A DNA stretch of 64,000 nt from contig JBFFIE010000005.1 in assembly GCA_041556555.1 (NCBI GenBank), positions 7,998 to 71,997 of the forward strand. The letters are read 5' to 3'. A program made the position numbers and the translations under genes. Under the pieces are notes generated by a model that saw nothing but the letters and a program-made list of their open reading frames with translations, made no database searches and had not been told where the DNA came from. Positions 61,196 to 64,000 of this stretch are shown in pieces (the stretch's first letter is position 1; each line of letters begins with the position of its first letter). The DNA comes from Gammaproteobacteria bacterium (lineage in GTDB: Bacteria; Pseudomonadota; Gammaproteobacteria; Eutrophobiales; Eutrophobiaceae).

Positions 61196-62188
61196 ATGAT
61201 CCAAAAGCCTTTTCTCGTATTTCTACTTCTTTTCGTTTTTTTGTCTGGAAATGCTGTTGAAAATGAGGTTCAGGTTGAAATCAGGGAGTGGCTGGTTCCC
61301 TGGTCTGACACGGAACCACGGAGTCCTGCAGTCGATAAAAAAGGAAGGATCTGGTTCTGCGGAAGAACAGGCCACTACCTGGCTTATTTCAATCCTGAAA
61401 GCGGTAAATTTAAAAAATTTGAACTTGATGATAAATCCATGCCGCAAAGTCTTATCATTAACAAGAAAGGCCAGATCTGGTTTTCCGATCCCGGCAGGGG
61501 ATACATTGGTCGATTATTATTGAAAAGCGGCAAGGTTGAAAAATATCCCATGCCTGAAAATTCCGGAATTGACCCCTACACACTGGTATTTAATGATGAA
61601 GGGGATATCTGGTTTACCGCAATAGGGGCAAATGCAATCGGCAAACTGGATACTGCATCAGGCGAAGTAAAGTATTCCAGCCTGGAAACCGAAGCTGCAA
61701 AACCTCTGGACATCAAACTGGATTCCGGCGAAAGACCCTGGGTGTCATTGTCGGCAACCAATCGCCTCGCCACGATTGACACGGAAACATTCGAAGTTAC
61801 TGAATACGAAATGTCCAACCAGGACATCAGACCCGGCCGTATTGCAATCACCAGTTACAACAAGATATGGTTTGTCGATACCTTGACCGGAAAACTCGGC
61901 AGATTTAATCCAAAACGAAATATTTATTCACAAAGAACCGTTCCCGGTGGTGAATCAGCCATACCATCAGCAATCATTGTAGATGAAAATGACTGGTTAT
62001 GGTTTGTTGAAACCGGTCTGAACCCCAACCGACTGGTTAGTTACAATCCCTGGGATAAGGAATTTACCTATATCAGTGATATCCCAAGTGGCGGCGACAG
62101 GATAGATGAAATGTTTTTTGATAAGGAATCCGGTCAAATATGGTTTGGATCAAATACGAATTTTATCGGCCGTGCCAAGCTTCCCTGA
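61196..62188 (+). CDS. Exported Vgb-like beta-propeller protein
   Basis: Signal peptide; repeated P....D..G.IWF......IG blades. Confidence 0.75.
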   Translation: MIQKPFLVFLLLFVFLSGNAVENEVQVEIREWLVPWSDTEPRSPAVDKKGRIWFCGRTGHYLAYFNPESGKFKKFELDDKSMPQSLIINKKGQIWFSDPGRGYIGRLLLKSGKVEKYPMPENSGIDPYTLVFNDEGDIWFTAIGANAIGKLDTASGEVKYSSLETEAAKPLDIKLDSGERPWVSLSATNRLATIDTETFEVTEYEMSNQDIRPGRIAITSYNKIWFVDTLTGKLGRFNPKRNIYSQRTVPGGESAIPSAIIVDENDWLWFVETGLNPNRLVSYNPWDKEFTYISDIPSGGDRIDEMFFDKESGQIWFGSNTNFIGRAKLP

Positions 62189-62283
62189 TATTCTCCATAA
62201 AATTTTCTTGGAATTTACAGTAATGTATCCTTAATATGTATCACTGTGTCCAGGGTGTCACAGAACTATGGGAATACATTGCC

Positions 62284-63027
62284 ATGCCAAGCAAGAAGCA
62301 AAAGAAACTCCCGATTATTGAGAATTTTGATCTTTTACCAGGCCGAATCATAGCCAAAAAATACGAGATAATTTCCCTGCTCGGGTCTGGCTGGGAAAGT
62401 GAAGTTTATCTGGTTAATGAAATCACGACTGATATTGAGCGAACAGCGAAATTCTTTTTCCCTCACCGAAATCCGCGTGACAAGGCCCTGAAATTTTATG
62501 CCAGGAAATTGCATAAATTACGCAAGTGTCCGATTGTAATCCAGTACTCGACCCAGGATACTTTTGTATATCGCAAACAGAATGTTTCTTTCCTGGTGTC
62601 AGAATTTGTGGAAGGTGATTTATTAAGCGTTTACCTCTCACGACAGCCCGGGAAAAGACTGCTTCCCTTTCAGGCGTTACATCTTCTCTATGCACTGGCC
62701 AGGGGCATTGAATGTATTCATTCAGTCGGTGATTATCATGGCGATCTCCATTCCGATAATATTATTGTACAGAGGGTCGGGCTTAATTTTGAATTGAAAT
62801 TACTGGATATGTTTCATTGGGGTGCACCGAGCGCCGAGAATATTCGTACTGATGTTATTGATTTGATCCGGATTTTTTACGATGCACTTGGCGGGAAGAA
62901 ACATTACGCAAAACAACCACAACCCATAAAGGATATATGCTGCGGTTTGAAGCGCTCTCTCATAACAAGGAAATTTAAAACAGCCGGGAAGTTAAGAATT
63001 TATCTTGAATCAATACAATGGGAATAA
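62284..63027 (+). CDS. Hanks-type Ser/Thr protein kinase, soluble and atypical
   Basis: LGSGWESEVY, TAKFF, HGDLHSDN, LLDMF. Confidence 0.8.
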   Translation: MPSKKQKKLPIIENFDLLPGRIIAKKYEIISLLGSGWESEVYLVNEITTDIERTAKFFFPHRNPRDKALKFYARKLHKLRKCPIVIQYSTQDTFVYRKQNVSFLVSEFVEGDLLSVYLSRQPGKRLLPFQALHLLYALARGIECIHSVGDYHGDLHSDNIIVQRVGLNFELKLLDMFHWGAPSAENIRTDVIDLIRIFYDALGGKKHYAKQPQPIKDICCGLKRSLITRKFKTAGKLRIYLESIQWE

Positions 63028-63861
63028 ATGAATAATAAAAACAGAATAGAAAACATGCTGACTGAGTTTCCGGAAAGCATGCGAGTTCCTGAAACAGTTT
63101 ATATCGGGACAGGAACAGCTGTTTATTTCTCCGCCCGGTCACCGGACAAGGAAACACCAAATGAAGATGCACTGGCAATGATTAGCATAGATGATATTAC
63201 CTCTGTGCTCATTGTTGCAGATGGTCTGGGGGGACAGCCTGCCGGGGAAGAGGCCTCACGAATTGTAATTAACTGTCTGCTTGAGACCCTGGAACTGATA
63301 TCTGGTGACACGGCTCGTATCAGAGAAGCTATACTCGACGGGATTGAGCAGGCCAATAATGAGTTGCTTGAATCTGGCAACGGCTCGGCAACTACAGTAG
63401 TGGTCGCTGAGATACAAGGTAAGATGCTCCGGACTTACCATGCGGGTGATTCCATGATTTTGCTGGTAGGAAATAAGGGCAGGGTAAAATATTCTATAAT
63501 TCCTCATTCGCCTACCGGTTATGCTCTGGAAGCGGGATTTATAGACGAATCTGAGGCCATGCTTCATGAAGAGAGACATTTTATATCAAATTTTATTGGC
63601 AGCCCGGAGATGAGACTGGAAATCGGACCCCAGATTGAAATGTCATCAAGGGACACATTGATACTGGCCAGCGATGGCCTGTCAGATAATCTTTACGAAG
63701 ACGAAATTGTGGAGCTGAGTCGAAAGGGTCCGCTGAAAAAATGTGCCCGGAACCTGATAGCAAGCGCCAGCAAATACATGCTGGAGGAGGCAACTGACAG
63801 GCAACAGCATCCGGATGACCTGACGTTTATCCTGTATCGTCCCGGTGCCGTTTCCGGATAA
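63028..63861 (+). CDS. PP2C-family protein phosphatase
   Basis: NEDA, VADGLGG, AGDS, LASDGL.D, PDDLT. Confidence 0.88.
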   Translation: MNNKNRIENMLTEFPESMRVPETVYIGTGTAVYFSARSPDKETPNEDALAMISIDDITSVLIVADGLGGQPAGEEASRIVINCLLETLELISGDTARIREAILDGIEQANNELLESGNGSATTVVVAEIQGKMLRTYHAGDSMILLVGNKGRVKYSIIPHSPTGYALEAGFIDESEAMLHEERHFISNFIGSPEMRLEIGPQIEMSSRDTLILASDGLSDNLYEDEIVELSRKGPLKKCARNLIASASKYMLEEATDRQQHPDDLTFILYRPGAVSG

Positions 63862-63963
63862 GAAATATTATGTCAATATGGCAGTTTGTTAGTTTCATTA
63901 CCGCTAAATAATCCGGTAGTTTAATTTCGTAATAATTTATTAAGCTATTCTGTTAAATTTTAT

Positions 63964-64000
63964 ATGAGTCGAGCATTCGTTAAGGAACCTGATGGTGACC
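63964..64000 (+). CDS. 5' end of GreA/GreB-family protein (partial)
   Basis: MSRAFVKEPDGD N-terminus. Confidence 0.55.
   Translation, partial: MSRAFVKEPDGD

Noticed and set aside
61196-62188. Virginiamycin B lyase as an antibiotic resistance gene
   Set aside because: Only the propeller repeat is evident; the signal peptide and unverified catalytic residues do not support a resistance call

Overview
Gammaproteobacterial chromosome window; the lineage is inferred from hrcA-grpE-dnaK-dnaJ-dapB, lptD-surA-pdxA-rsmA, smpB/ratA/ratB/bamE/fur/recN/nadK and the tmRNA tag ANDDNYALAA. The left part (1-17 kb) has two tandem, dissimilar glnK-amtB units, aroE, an orphan TRAP dctQM pair, an intergenic DnaA-box/IHF-like locus, the lptD-surA-pdxA-rsmA operon and a diguanylate cyclase. 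The middle (about 17-47.5 kb) is an accessory, partly AT-rich block ending downstream of ssrA. It holds a sulfatase cluster, a P-type ATPase and a copper module (CusCBA, CopA, CopK). After those comes a tightly packed string: APC permease, beta-CASP nuclease, AMP-phosphorylase-like enzyme, divergent PRPP synthetase, MacB-type ABC transporter with a YHS-fused ATPase, and a 'lycopene cyclase domain' membrane protein. A porin plus monoheme cytochrome c follows. FNR/ANR boxes precede copK, the porin-cytochrome pair and a HIG1-like gene; no copper regulator or integrase is present. A decayed duplicate of the ssrA 3' end with its terminator suggests a former integration event. The right part is core heat-shock and repair genes (CIRCE, two sigma32 promoters), then a beta-propeller protein and a kinase/PP2C pair. 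The best candidate for an undescribed system is the nuclease/phosphorylase/PRPP synthetase triad and the adjoining ABC-YHS and porin-cytochrome modules. All product calls rest on motifs recognised by eye; no database searches were run.
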